Source of the DNA: Eremomyces bilateralis CBS 781.70
Lineage: Eukaryota
Length of the DNA stretch: 64,000 nucleotides
Assembly (NCBI GenBank): GCA_010015585.1
Contig: ML975149.1
Strand: one strand, 5' to 3'
Shown here in pieces: positions 10,717 to 24,688 of the stretch. The stretch's first letter is position 1. The number at the start of each line of letters is the position of its first letter. The translations under genes and the position numbers were made by a program. The notes beneath the pieces were generated by a model. It was given only the letters and a program-made list of their open reading frames with translations, was not told the DNA's origin and made no database searches.

Positions 10717-12995
10717 CTATCTATCCTTCCGCGCCTTCACCGCAAACTCCGCCAAGAGCGCAAGATGATCACTCGGGAAATGATAGTTCGGGAAACCAGG
10801 AACGCACGCCAGATAGTCCTTATCCACTTCACCCAAAAGGCCCGTGACTTGGAACGCATTGGCGGAGTACCAGATGTAGTCGATGACGCCGGTGAACGTT
10901 GGAGTGTAGTTGGTGAAGGACAGCTCCCCGATGTTGCTGTAGCTGCTCTTCAGCTTGAACGGGTGACTCATGCCGACGCCTTCCTTAGTAAAGTTGCCGT
11001 ACTTGCGGTTCATGAGGTCGCTGTGCGCGTGGGAGAGGTTACCGTGCGCGATGAGGTCGTAGACGCCGGATCCGGGCATGCTGTTGAAATCACCGCACAT
11101 GATCACCGGAATATCGGTCCCGGAGGAATATTTCTTCGATGGTGCGGGATTGGGTTGCTCTTCCGGCGGTGCGGCAGCCTCGTCCTGATCGCTGTTCGCG
11201 AATTTGAACAGGACTTTGTCCTTCTCACTGCAAGGTGCGACCTTCGTGAATTTCTCGGCGAGAACCCCAAGCTGTTCCAGGAGAATCGCGACTTGAATGA
11301 CTTTGACATCCTTGAACACCGGGTTCCAGAAGATATGGGCGTTCACGACCATGAGTCGGGCGCCAGTCATGCGGTTTTCCAGAAACGACACGGTTGCGAT
11401 ATCGTCTCTCGGCATGACACGGTTGAAGATATCATGTTCGCCTTTCATGTCCGGTCGGTTAATGGCTTGATTCGCAAAATCGATCACCTCTTTCTGGAGG
11501 AGAATGAATTTGCTGTTCTTGTAGAACGTCGCACAGCCATCGACGAGCTCGGCATCCTTGTCGCCCATGGTTTTCGCGCGGCCCTTCGGCCAGTAGACCC
11601 CCTTGTAGTCATTGTGCGCGAGCGAGGGTCGGAAGAATTCGTTGTAGCTCCTCTGATCGATTTCTTGAAGACATACAATGTCCGAGTCGCGACCACGGAT
11701 TTCTTCGAGAACCAGGTCCCGGCGGTGTGTCCACAACAATGCGGCGGAAGGAGTATAACCATACTGAGATTGTGTCGCGTACTTGTCACAAAGGGTGTTG
11801 TAGGTCATCACGGTGATCTTCTCATTGGCGGTGACGGGAGTGTCATCCAAAACGATCCAATCTCGCTCGACAGGGGGTGGAGGCACTGTGTTTTGTTAGT
11901 TGGCAATGTAACAAGTTCGAGTCATTTCTACTCACCCGGTGCTTGCTCACGCAAGAATTTGATGAGTGGTCCGGTACCCTCGTCCTTGAGGATTGTTGTG
12001 ACCTCATCTGGAAGTTGATTGCCGATGACACCCAGCATTTCCAGCTGATACAGACATCCCAGCTCCGGTGGTAAGACTTCGAGATAGTTTCGGAATAGGA
12101 GCAGTTCGCGCAGGTTGGTCAGCATTCCAATCTCCGGAGGTAACTCTCGTAGATGGTTGAATGATACATCAAGCTGGATGAGCCCTCTCAAACGGCCGAT
12201 TTGCGAGGGGAGGTATTGCAGGCTGTTGTGGTTGAGGATGAGTCGCGTGAGGAACGTATAATTGAACAGAGAAGGAGAAAGGTTTCGGATCTTGTGGCCG
12301 CCAACGTCGATAGCATCGAAGTAGAGTTTTGACCCATTAACCTCCACGCTGATATGACTGCCACGGTTGCGCTCCTCCTTATCCCTCTCTTTGGTGAGAC
12401 CATTCGTTGCCGCTGCAATCATGCTCCTCTGTCCTCCGTGACTTCTCGCGTGGGCATTCGGACCGCTCATCTCCGCGGATTGCTGGTATGCCTGAAGTTG
12501 CATGGTATAATTCTCACCGTAGTTTTTCGCCATTTCTGTGCTAACATACTGAGCGATTCCGTGCGGCTGTTGCGCGTGAGGTTGAGCTTCGCTGCCAGAG
12601 AGGTTATGTTGATGGTTCGGAAAGTTGTGTCGAGAATTCGGCGTCGCGTGGTCCTGGTGTTGGGCGTGTGGTGTATGCGCTTGTTGACCATGGCCCTGGA
12701 AGCCTCTGGTGGAGTTCATATGAAGGGCATATTGCGCCGCTCCCATGCCATTTTGGAGAATGTTGCGCTGGTTGGCATTGTGGCCCCCACCGAACATCCC
12801 GAATCGATTGTGCGCTCCAGCGTGCGGGCCAGGAGATCGAGAGGGGGATGGAGTGTCGTTTGCGTAAAGGCCTCGGCCGGTACTGACTGGGGATGCAGCC
12901 CGTTGATTATGCGCTCTGTAAAAACCCCCCTCTAACGAGGGGTTCCAGAGACTGTGGCCAGCTCCCTGCTGGTATCGCTGATAACCATCAGCCAT
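10717..12995 (-). CDS. CCR4: CCR4-NOT deadenylase Ccr4 (LRR + EEP nuclease)
   Basis: MADG start; Q/H-rich N-terminus; LRRs; intron 11886-11935; [35 protein letters not shown]. Confidence 0.97.
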
Positions 12996-14972
12996 CTAAC
13001 GCTATCGTAAAGTCCAATATGGCCACCACTCCGTGCTAGCCGGGTATTGATGATCTCGTGAAATCGAGATCGGATGAAGTTAAGTTGGAGGTAGGGATTG
13101 GGGTCGTTGTTTTCTTCGTCTTAGCATCGGCGAAAGGAGATGTGTTGAGCAGCAAGTGTCTAAGAAACCACTTTGACTTGGGAATCGTAGCCTGTGCCTG
13201 TTGTTCGTGGCCTGGTGACAAGGTCAGTAGCTGAATCGCGGGGACCTCATCCTTTCCGTCAGTGTGAATGAACCCACAATAGAGATCTCCTGCAAATGGC
13301 AGTATTATAGGTACATCAGTAGTAGCCTGAGTCAACAGGATTGACTTAAGTCAACAAGACCAGCAGCCCGTGAAGGTTGGAGATAGACTTTGCGATGGTG
13401 GTTCTGGAAGTGGAGGTCGCGACAGGTCGGAATTGTGCAAAGAGCGTGGGATGGTAGGGTTTCAAAGCGTGCTCGATGTGTCTGTTTACGTGAAACTTCT
13501 CTCTGTAAAGATAAATAGGTCGAGTACACAGGATTCCGTGTTCGATTTGCGCGGTTCGTAGGTGGTGGTACTAGTTACAGAGTCACGATCCTGTGAAGTG
13601 CTTCGTTGTGAATGCACGTGACCTAAGATAGCCACCGTTTCGGCCTCATTGCCTGGTGAAAGTTCTTTCGCCACAGGGACTGGGGAGATCAGATAGTAGT
13701 GCTCCAGACTCCAGAAAGTCGATCAATCATCATCATCACCTAATTTATTTCACATGGTTTTAATCAATACCTGTTAATATTACTACAGCAGGTCCAGCTG
13801 CTATTGAGTCTCGCCATTAGCAGGAACTCAAATGACTGGTCGGTATTGCTATTTTCGTGCAGCATGAGCAAAAGAGACTCAGGACTTGTTTCTCAAAGGA
13901 CGCTCTACATTCCCGATCAAAGCAAATGATAAGCCAAGATGTCATTTTTCCCAGACCTCCCGTTATTATATTCTTTTGATGTATTCAGTATGGACAGTTC
14001 TGGATCTAAAGAGGTTGTTCGTACCCAATTAATATCATTACGCCTGTTCTGAAAGACATATCTCCGTTACCAGTCTCTTGTAGCCTTTCGGATGACTGGT
14101 ATTGCAACGTCGCAACATTGATATGTATTGCCGATTACGTGCCTACGATGTGGATGATGCTTGAATTTTAGTACAAGCTCCCCTTAAGAGCCTTAAGAAT
14201 GTATTTCGGTCGTCTTCTCGGAGCAAAGTGTTTCATATCTCCAACTAAGCACGATCCTGGACAATAGATCTTCCCAGCCAGGAGACAACTTTAGCTGATC
14301 CATGCTTGGCTGTCAGCATGAGGAACGTTTCAGTCCAGATACAAAACCCGACAGGCTGCTTCATTGTCCGGGTTCATCAGAAAATCCCTGGATCATCCTG
14401 TCCTCAGGATTACTGGCGGCCTTCGCGAGACCATAGGGTTATCAGCAGCTCAGCACAGGCAGAGTCCACGGCATTCTGGAACTCCTACCGAAATTGGCTC
14501 TGCACATCACCGTTGAATCTTTGGGCGACCAGCTGAATGGTGCGCCCTCTACTAATTAACCTAATCTGCCTTAAAACTGCATATGTGTATATGACCGACG
14601 ACTACCGAATACTAAAAACATCCACTCCATCATTACTCAATGCTTCTACTTTCTGTTCGGATTTCCTATCATTCCTGTTTATTTAAGTCCAGTTTCTTTT
14701 GATCTCCATAATTCTACACGGTGCTGGTCACTCGGTGTTTCAGATTCCTCCGAGTTTTGCTCCCGAAGTTGGCCAGGTAGATGCTTGTCTCAGGACCGGT
14801 CGCAAGTGCTTCGTCCGCTGCTCAACCCGGCTACGCATCACAGCCGCATTCCGGCGGATTGGGTCTCCTGGGTCTTTGAAGTGGGGACAATTAAACATGA
14901 AAACCTGCAATGAAAGGCACCATGACTTCGTGGACACTGTCAGTGAACCTTCCTGTTCCTATAATAGCAGGC

Positions 14973-16356
14973 ATGTCCGCTGGCGTTCCCCAACATAGGA
15001 ATAACAGTATGTATTTCAAACAGGTATCGATATCAGAGTATAGACGGCGTACCGATCTTCCACCCGGGTACCCAGACAGAATGTCCTGACTCAGGAGCCA
15101 AACACCAGCCTCCTCAACGGGCCAAGTCTACGAGATCGTCTACATCGAGGAACACGTTGAGAAATCGGCGATCCCAAAGCATGGATGTCTCGAGAACCCA
15201 CGCCGTTTCTATCGCGAGTTCCTCATCAACACAGAGCGTCAACGTCCTACCTCCGCCGGCGCCATTCTTTGTCCGGAATGGACGGCGGTATCCGCGCGAT
15301 CGCCCGAATCCACTGCCATGCGACTTGGCCGAGCTTCAGCGGCAGAACTTGCGAACCATGCTGGTCTCTTCGGTTTTGGGGAAGCCAATTTGCTGCCCAC
15401 CGCGATTCCTTCCGAAGACACATCAACTGCGAATCCTGGACATCGGATGCGGTACGGGTTATTGGAGCTATTTGATACACCAGCACCTCGTCTCCTCTGG
15501 ATGGAAAGCGCCGTCATTCATCGGCCTTGACACGGCCCAGTCCGCGCCGGATCTTGGCAAGCAAGGCATGGACTGGAGATTCGTGGCGCACGATCTTCGC
15601 CGTCCGTTGCCGTTTTCCGACTCCCAATTCGACTTAGTAATCATGAAGGACATGTCGTTAGTCACCCCCGTCGGTGAAGGCACGCAGCAACTCCTCGACG
15701 AAACTATCCGCGTCCTCAAGCGCGGCGGCGCGTTGGAGATTTGGGAATGTGACCACGCGATCCGGTGCCTTCAACTGGACCACTCCGCTTCGTTCTCTCG
15801 TACCAGCGAGGAGGAGCTCACGCAAGCGAAGAAAACCGCGACGTATCCCATCAACTCGGCAACAGTTTTCGGGGAGCCACAGAACACATATCTCCACCAA
15901 GCCAGCGCTTGGATCGAAAATATCTTGGACGCGCGAGGGCTCTCGGCAACGCCCGGATCGCGAATGACAGCCGCCCTTCTCCAAGAGCCGGACGATCTCT
16001 GCGAGATAGGGTTCCGGCGCGTGGCCGTGCCGTTGACGGAAACGAGATGGGAGCGAGAATCCGGTATCGACTGGGAATCGAAGATATTCCCAGACCAAGA
16101 GCAACCCACCAAGGACCAAGGAGATGAAGTGCAGAGTGTCTTGACGGACGAACAAGCCGCACTGCGAGCCACGGCGTTGATGACGGTGGTGCAGATACTG
16201 GAAGGGCTGGAGCCGCTGCTTACGGATCTTAGCCGAAAGAACGCGGAGGAATGGGCGCGGTGGTGGTCGGGGATGAAGGGAAATCTCCTGCAGGGACGCG
16301 GTGCGGAACATGGGGAATGTCTGGAGATTGGGGCTTGGTGGGCCAGGAAGCGATGA
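14973..16356 (+). CDS. SAM-dependent methyltransferase, LaeA/UMTA-like
   Basis: PLPCDLAELQRQ, ILDIGCGTGYW, LPFSDSQFDLV, IRVLKRGG. Probable first exon 14973-15006 with phase-matched intron 15007-15094; start uncertain (14922, 14973 or 15181). Confidence 0.85.
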
Positions 16357-16431
16357 TGATTTACGTGACAAGAGACGAAAGGGATGACGGCATTTCGCAG
16401 TTTCTAAACACCCCGACCAGGGCTGTACGGT

Positions 16432-16913
16432 TCATTTTTCTTGGGTTGCGTGGTCTTCGATAGAATGCAACGGATCGGGGGTGGGGGTTTCATAGCGTTG
16501 CCGCAAGGTTCGGTATCGCTTCAAATAGTACCTAGATGAAAACGACAATGTTAGCTTCAATGGCATCCCTTGACAGGAGATTATGATGGCATACAGCGCC
16601 TCGATTTCTACATAGCAATGAATCAGCCCAGCCCATACACGGCCGAATCAAACGGATCGGCGAACGTACCCTTCTTCACGAACTCCGCTCTTTCGATCCC
16701 TTTCTTGATTTTTTCTTCATCCTCCAGGTGGACTTGACTCGCGAATGCTTTTTTCAATCGAGGTCGGTAATAGTCGAATCCAAGGGGGTATTCTCGACCA
16801 AGGTACAATAGCTCTAGTGGATGTCAACGCGGTCCTCGCAACTGGGTTCGTACCGACCAACCTTTGTAGATTTTGATTACTTGGTGCCTCAGGGCAGGAT
16901 TTGGGGCACTCAT
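16432..16913 (-). CDS. LYR-motif protein, LYRM5/ETFRF1-like
   Basis: Spliced [69 protein letters not shown]; 3 introns; 13-nt exon 16595-16607. Confidence 0.88.
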
Positions 16914-17201
16914 ATTCCGTTTTCAGTAGGCTCAGGCTCAATTGCGACGACTGTGTCGAGTGGAATTGGAGAATGGTGTTTTGAAAGTTCATGCTGACGA
17001 GAGATGACGTTAATTCTCCCGCCCCACTTCCTGGCAGCGGTAAACAGGAACATCGTGACTTCGCGAGGCCTCGGCCTACCAGACGAGCCATCTTTCAAGC
17101 CTTGAAGCATTTCTTGAATGGAATTGGAAGTTGATACCCCCTGAATTTAGTTCCCCATCGAGTCTATATGCCAATTGATTTTCGAAGTCTTTGATACAAC
17201 C

Positions 17202-18369
17202 ATGAAGTCTCTCCTGCAGCTCCGAGCCATACCGCCAGTCCTTGCCTCACCCCTCCCCCGCCAACCTGTCCCCCTTTATATCAATGGTTTATCTAGCGCT
17301 CAGAACTCTTTAAATATATTAAGGCCTTTGACCACGTCCTCACCAAATCGTTCTTCCGCTCCCTCCCCAGCCGAATCCCAGGCGTTGACCGCTCACCATC
17401 CGCGATGGCTCTCCGCGCTCAAGGAACGGATAGGAACGTGCATCTGCTTCGGCATGAACACGGCGCAGGTAGGCGAGGCATCCGAGATACTAAAAGAGCT
17501 GAGTCGGGATTGGCGGGAACTGGTGGCTGGGAGTGAAGGGTATTTGACGGCGGAGGATCGGAGAGGGCTGTGGAGGCATCGGGTGGTGTGGGGAGAGATG
17601 GTATGTTGAGATTCCGATTGATGGAGTTGGTTCAAGCCGTGTTAATGTTTGATTAGGACAGTATGGTAAGTCGCGTCGACTACAGCATATATCTCCTGGA
17701 CTACTGACCAACTGAAGGGTATGTATTCATAGCATCTGAGATTGGGCATCCGAGATTCCTTACTGGTACTCTAGGCCATGTGAACAACGTGATGTATACC
17801 AGGTATGCCGAATCCGCCCGAATAGAATGGGCGCAGAAGATCGCAACTTTTGTCGACCCTGCCCATGGCGATGAATGGAGAGAGCTGTGGACGCCGCGAA
17901 GTGTAGGCTTGATATTACGGAGTATCAAGACAGACTACAAATTTGTATGTGTTCCGAAGCCCCATTCGCAACTTTAGCGACGAGGTGCGATATATGGATT
18001 GTTGATATTAACCTGTGGCAGCCTATGACATATCCCGACCATGTTACTGTCCTTCACAAGCTCCGCAACGCACCGGATGGGCGAATGGACCATTTCATCC
18101 TCGACGTGATCATCCTCTCCGAGCTGCATCAACGGCCCGCGGCACGCTGCGTGGAGGACATCGTGGTATATGACTACCAGCAGGGGAAGAAGGTGCCGCT
18201 GAAGCCGTTCATGGTTGATATGTTCCACGAGACGTTCCGACTGCAGGAAGCAGCTAAGAAGTCGAACGGCGAAAATATCAGGAGACTTCATGAGCGGGTG
18301 GAGGTGCTGGAGAAGGAAACGTGGGATAGACCGGATGCGAAAGAAGATCTCGGGTCTGCTGCTCCATGA
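17202..18369 (+). CDS. Hotdog-fold (4HBT-like) thioesterase, probably mitochondrial
   Basis: Predicted exons 17202-17600, 17657-17665, 17718, 17775-17944 and 18022-18369 give VVWGEMDSMGHVNNVMYTRYAESAR..GLILRSIKTDYKFPMTYPD..VVYDY. Confidence 0.88.
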
Positions 18370-20358
18370 TCCGGAAATGCTTGAGGATAGATGGATCGGC
18401 AAAGTGTGATTCATGTGGATGTCAAAGGTTATTGGTCGACTGACACTATGTTGATACTTTGATGACGATACATGCATGAAACGGGTAGGGACCACGAAAC
18501 CAAGTTCTCCAATGCGGAGTTTCGAGCATGTCAATAGTACTTAAGAAACCAATGCTTGACTTGCCAATGCATGATAGGTACAGCGTCGGGTGTTCTTATA
18601 CTGCAATAGGCGAACGTGTACGAAGTATTCCGTAGGATATCCTGGTTGAATCCCCCGACTTGTATGAGATCAGGAGCATGTCAAACCGTCTATTCCCGCA
18701 TCGAGAGTCTCGGGTATAAACCATTCCATTGACGTCGGACAAGTTCAAGTCGTGAGACATTTGGAAGCATTGTTGAATGTTGATGCATTTCCCCTCCTGA
18801 ACCGGAAGCCTAAAATGGACGATTCGATGATCTTACATCTCATTCGGAAAAGTCGGCTTCAGCGTGAATTGTCCAATGTCCATGTGCCAGCAGAACGATC
18901 ATCGAAATTCGCTCAAACCGGCCCCGCATGGACGATGATTCGCAAGTCGTGGCTGCAGTGCCCATCAGGATATGCAGCCACACCGAACGAGAGTCCAGAA
19001 TGCAGAAACGCTGGCCTGTGACTGCAGGGCTGAAGACCAGTCATGCCGGTTCCCAGACGGCCATTTAGATCAGACGAGCTAGGAATCCCGTCTATCCAGG
19101 GCCATCCATGAAACCGAAGTTTTCGAAACCGAACAGCAGCAGCGGCGTGGACCAGGCATGGGGTGGTGCAGCGAATCAGTCTGGCGCTGGATGGGGGCTG
19201 CTTCATCAGGGGCGGCCTGGGCGGAGGGGCACTCTAGATGACAATGCTTGGATTTCGCCATCAGTCCGAATTCTGTCCATGAACAAATTTAAGCGGTGAG
19301 TGACTATATTGCTTTCGCAATGGAGAGCACTGCGTCGCTCCATTCCTTTGTTCGCCGCGATCAAACACCTTGGGGGCTACTTCTCGACAGGACCCTGTTA
19401 TCCCAGATCATGGGATTGATATTACGGGTATGTAATCCTGCTGACCATTGATAGTTTAATTATTAGCGATGACGGATGAGAGGAAACGGGAACGATAAGC
19501 ATGCGCTAGACTTCGATTTGGAGGGCGTCCCACTAGGATCGACGGCGCCAGGCCATTAATGGGCGAAGAGGCTGCTGCAGCGACGGGTGCTTACTGCTGT
19601 CACTCCTTAGGGTGTTGGCGGTTTAGCTTACGTAGAGCGACTGGCCGCTGGGGGCGCCTGTAGGTACATCGGAAGCTTTGTGTAGCCGGAGCTTTCATGC
19701 AGTGTGCCTGGGCCCTGGACTCTCTACTGCCTGGACTGGCCCCCGCCGGCTCTTCTCGTGGATGTTTCGTGTGGTGGATAAGTTGGCTGTGGAGTTGAAT
19801 GGGGCGACGTGATACAAATGCCCATTTTCATGCAATGCACCATTTCACATTTGGTTTGGCGAACGAACTGACCAGTATTCTTCAAAATTGAGGGCATGGT
19901 TTTCTTCTTTGTCCACCGTGAATGAATAATACGCTCTTCAAAGAACTGAAACGTCTCCTAATAAGTTACGGCCTTATGAGCACAATAGACTTCGCGCACG
20001 TTGGACTAAAAGCCTAAAAACCCGAAAAACAGCCGAGTTCCATTGTGCACCTAAGAGAGTTAATCGTTCCGACTAATTAATACTGAGGCTGCTGAGGCTG
20101 CAGTGCTCACTTGGCGATTTGCTTCATCTGAACAAGGACCTTACTTTGTCCCTCTCTCTAAACCTTCGATTATACTTCTTCTGGTTTCACCTCCTCCAAT
20201 CCTACGCCACTACTCCTCTCGGATAACCACTCCTCTTCACCCTTCTCATCTCGTCCTTTCTCATCTCGTCCCTTCATCCTGCAGATTTTCCTTACCGTGG
20301 CTCGTCTCGTGGAAACAGTCGAGCCAGATCGGTAGAGGACGTTGTCGGCGCTGCGTTG

Positions 20359-23300
20359 ATGCCAAAAGGCAAGAAACCCAACGCACACGACAAACGGCAC
20401 GAGAACGGTCTTGCTCCTCCAGCGAAACGGGTCGTGAAGCAGAAGTCGTCCAATTCGCTTCATGAGAACTACCATGCCAATGGATTTGCTCACTCCGCGA
20501 CGCCGGCATTGCCCTCGGTCGCTGTAGATTCACCATCCGGTTCGCACAACCAGCTGCACGCTTCCCCGAACGGCTTCGCTGTCCCTTCGACGGCTACAAA
20601 TGGAACGATCCTTGATCCGGAAATGGGTATCGCGCAGTCTCACGCCTACGATGATGCTTCCTATCACGCCTTCCCTCTGCAACACAAACTCGGTCATGGA
20701 AAACTGCACCGCGCATCCTCCGCCTCCCCCCTCCGAATCGACGTCGATGCCGATGCACTTAAAAATGCCAAGGCTTACAAGAGCAATATCATTACTATGG
20801 CCGCTACGGTTATCAGCTCCTGCCCGATCACGGATGTCATTACTATCCTCATCTTACTCCTCTCGCTACCCACCGGCGTCGCAAACTGCGCTCACCTGCT
20901 CTACGCCTTCTTGGAGTTTATAAGATCGGGGGAAGTGTACTATGGAGGCTCGATAACGAACAGCCTCCCGAGTGTACATGACGTCTTTCATAGCACCCCC
21001 GGAAAGCCATCGCTCCTCACCATCGCCGTTTCCGATCTAGCCTCTCTTGGTTTCTATCTTGTCCTTTGGAGACCCTTCCAAAATCTAATCGTGGACTTCG
21101 CCCCCGCCGTTATCGCAATTTATGTCGGCGGAGCCGCAGCGATGGATCCAGGACACCGTCGAACCACCATGCGAAGTGTCCTGGCCTGTTTTGCAACCAT
21201 TCTTGCGTTCCATATGACCAAGTGGAGATCGACACGTCAATTCGGCTTCCAGATTCCATGGACGGACAATGGCACCTTTCGAGTCCCGTCGCTTTCCTTC
21301 GAAGTACCAGAGGCGCTGTGGCGGCATCGGAGCCAATTCGAAAGTTTTCTTGGGGTTCATATCGTTACACAAGGCATCGTTCGCCTGATTCGCCGAAAGC
21401 TATCCCAGGCTCGCGAGCAACAGTCCTTGCCCTCACCGCATCCAACCAAAAAGAACGATACCGAAATGATCGTCCCTCCGATTACCCCTCGGAGAAACTC
21501 CGGTGCGGTCGACATCAGAATAGACGGAGGAACCGGTTCGAGTTCAGACGGACGACCTCCGGGCCCATATCCTAGCGACGGTCCTCGGGAAGGCGAACGT
21601 ATTTCTACTTCGAAACAACAGCGACGGCGACAGGCAAACTATGCTCGAAGCCACCAACCGTTTTGGGCTGCGATTGCTGGATCAAAAGTATCTTCTTTGA
21701 AGGCGGCGTCGGAAGAACGTCTCGCGTCGTTGGATGCGAGCGAGGCGAAAAGCATGGAGATTTGTCATTCCGACAGCACGGATGTTACGTTGGGCACTAA
21801 TATGGGGACAGTTTGGATTGGGGAAGTGAAGTCGACGGAGATTGATTTTTGGGTGCTGGTTTCTTCGGCTCATCTATCGGATGATGACGATGATAAAGAT
21901 CCGCCGATGACGCCGAACATTGACAAGACGAAGCCGTTCTATATTCGTGTCAATGGGGCCGACTGGACGTCCACGCGAATCATTTGCGAAGGCGCTGGTG
22001 ACGACGAGGGTGACCAAGGCTCCGTTCTCTGGTCTGGTGCAATCTATGGGCTCACACCGATGTCAAGCTACAACTGTGAATTCATAAGTATGTACGACAG
22101 ATCATTGGTATACTCGGTTAGTCTAGTCACCCAGTCGGCCCCTATGACCGATCTTGGTAAGTTCTACCGGTTCCAAAATCTCCTGAGACAGATGTTGACA
22201 ATATATAGCATCGATGGCAACTGCTCCTCAACAACCGCCACTTAGACCTCAATCTCCGACAACAACACTCAAGAATTCCATCGCAGCGGCCGATTCCAAG
22301 CTGAACGAATCGAGGAATAAGATCAAAAAGAATCGAAAGGATCATAGCAAAGCTCAAACCGGGCTGCGCAAAGAGATCAACGATCTGACTACTCGCCGAG
22401 CTGCCACTACCGACGACGCAAGAACTCGTCAGAAAGTACAGCAATTGCAACAGAATGTTCAACAAGCACGGTCGGCCGCCGAAAGCCTCGAAGCGCAGAG
22501 AAAAGAGATGGGAGACATTCCAGCCAATGTTGTCAAGGGCCACGAGCAAGCAAGGAAGCGGTGGGAAGAGGCACAGGAACAGCGGTCGAACACGAAAAGG
22601 GACCTCAATCTCGCCCAGCAAGAGAGGAATAAGGCGAAAGCGGATCAAGCGGCTGCGCTGGACCAAACCTCGCAAAGACGGGAGAGACTTCACGCCCGCG
22701 AGAATAAGCTCAAGGAGCAACTCGCTAAAGCGCAGGCCGAGAAAGCCCAAAGTACCGCCGAACGGAAGCGTAAAACCAACGTCCGTCTCGCGACCGCCGC
22801 GACCCGTGCGCAAGAAGAGGCCCGGTGGATCGAAGGCATCCAAGGTTGGGAACAGAAGGAGTCCGACGAACTTCAGCGTACCCAGGGGGTCATGCAAGAG
22901 TATCGTCGACTCGAGACTCACCTGCTCCAGCAGATGCATGCCTCGCAGCCACCGCTCACCCCCGAAGGACCTCTCCCCGGCACCTCTGGGGCCTCCCCGC
23001 CTCCCGCGCCGACCTTCTCCGCCATCCCCGGTCCCCTCCCCACGACATCCGGATCCGGCAGCTTCGGCAGCACGCGCGACGCCTTTGCCTCGTTCCAATT
23101 CCCTACCTCCGCACCAACCTACTCCCTCAGCCCCACCAGCACCGGCCTCCCCACCTCTGCCTTCTCCTCCTCCCTCGCCCCCGGCTTCCCCCACCTCGCC
23201 CACGACCGCCCTACTCCCTCCCCCGGCGCCATCGGCTCCGGCGCCTACTCCCTCGTCCCCCGTGACCGCAGCTCCTCCCTCGCCAGCAACATCAGCAGCT

Positions 23301-23713
23301 TTTCCGATGACCTGCACGAGATGTACGCGCACACCTCCTCGCCCTCGCCGCACCCGCCCGCCCCGTCGTTCTACACCTCCAACCCGTCCACCCGCCCCAA
23401 CTCGTACATCCAAACGTCCGCCTCCCCCTCCATGTGGCTATCGTCCAATGGCCCGCTGCAGCAGCACGTGAATGCCTGGTCGGGTGGCCCGTTCGGCGGG
23501 TTTCCCAGCATCGCGCTGGAGGGGCTGGGACGTGCGCGGAAGGGGAGTAAGGCGAGTCAGGGGAGTGGGGGCACGGGGAATAAGAGTCAGGGGAGGAGTA
23601 GTGGGAGCGCGGGTGGTGGGAGTGGGTTGGCGGGGAGTCCGTTGCAGACGGAGGCGGTGTTGGATGAGAATGAGGATGAGGATAGGGATGAGGGGGATGA
23701 GAAGAAGGGGTAG
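20359..23713 (+). CDS. acrB: Ubiquitination network signalling protein AcrB-like (TM segments + coiled coil)
   Basis: MPKGKK..RHENGLAPPAKRV, ILLLSLP, QPFWAAIA, IRVNGADWTS, GAIYGLTPMSSYNC; intron 22157-22208; long coiled coil and low-complexity tail. Confidence 0.8.
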
Positions 23714-24688
23714 GATATGGATGGTTGGTTGGAGTACATGTAGGTAGCTGTCTGTGCTGAGTACGTCTGTGCCGGAAAAATGAGATTCTTCGTGCTTTGG
23801 ATATATTACATATCTCGCCCTTATTTCTGATGAGTGATGAATGGTGACTGATGTTTAACTTTGTCGTGCTCCATCCCATCCCATCCTCTATCAAGAAGCA
23901 CTTGTCCTTATCCTTTGCTCCGAAGAGAACGGTAATATCGAATCCGGTACGTATTTTGCGATACCTAACTAACCGTTGTTCAGAAATCTTGACATCTCCA
24001 GTTCCCGCGGACCACCGACTGTGACCGTCAGATCCGAGATCATCGATGACAGATCCGCCTACAGCCTTGGGAGAGCTTGGACCATCGATTAGTAGCATCC
24101 CCTTGCCGGAATACGGATGGTCAAACTTTAAAGGCGCGTCATTGGCGTTTTTCCTATTTCCACCTCCACCTCCAGCCTCCATTCGGCATTCATCCATAGT
24201 TACTCGACACCGTAGCTTGCCCATTGAGTCATTTAGGAAGTCAAAGAAGATCGTAATACTTTTACATTGCTAGACTCTGCTCTTCGGTAGAACATCTGCC
24301 TCGATTCCAAGGTTCTCCCTTCATAGACGACCGATCACGGGCGAAGGGGCAAATCGGCTCCTCCAATCAACCCACCGTATACGAATCGTTACCCGGCACC
24401 GCGCGGATATCGGCCACCAGAGAATTGCGGCTTTTTCTTCCGAGTTGGCTCACTCACTAAGAAAATCGCAGAATACTGGATCGGCCCCCTGGGCTTAAGT
24501 ATGGGTCGTTGAACCGTTAATCGGCAGCTTGGCGGTTCCTCATTTTCGTGATTCCTTTCGAGTCGAGATAAAACTTTAGGGCTTTGTTCAGCCTTTCAGG
24601 TCGCCCTCAGCGCTGCCTCACCATCTTTTCTCTCTTTCTCTTCTCTCTCCCGCTCTCCCCTCCTCGCCGTCGCCCCTCCAACCTCGCA

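Noticed and set aside
10576..12018. 480-aa + strand ORF
   Set aside because: Antisense shadow of CCR4 produced by codon bias; no recognisable motifs
18500..20100. Possible telomerase RNA or other ncRNA (hairpin GTGGCTGCA..TGCAGCCAC ~18948-18980; TTAGGG ~19607)
   Set aside because: No 1.5-repeat template (e.g. TAACCCTAA) or other diagnostic motif; isolated hairpins are expected by chance; needs an Infernal search
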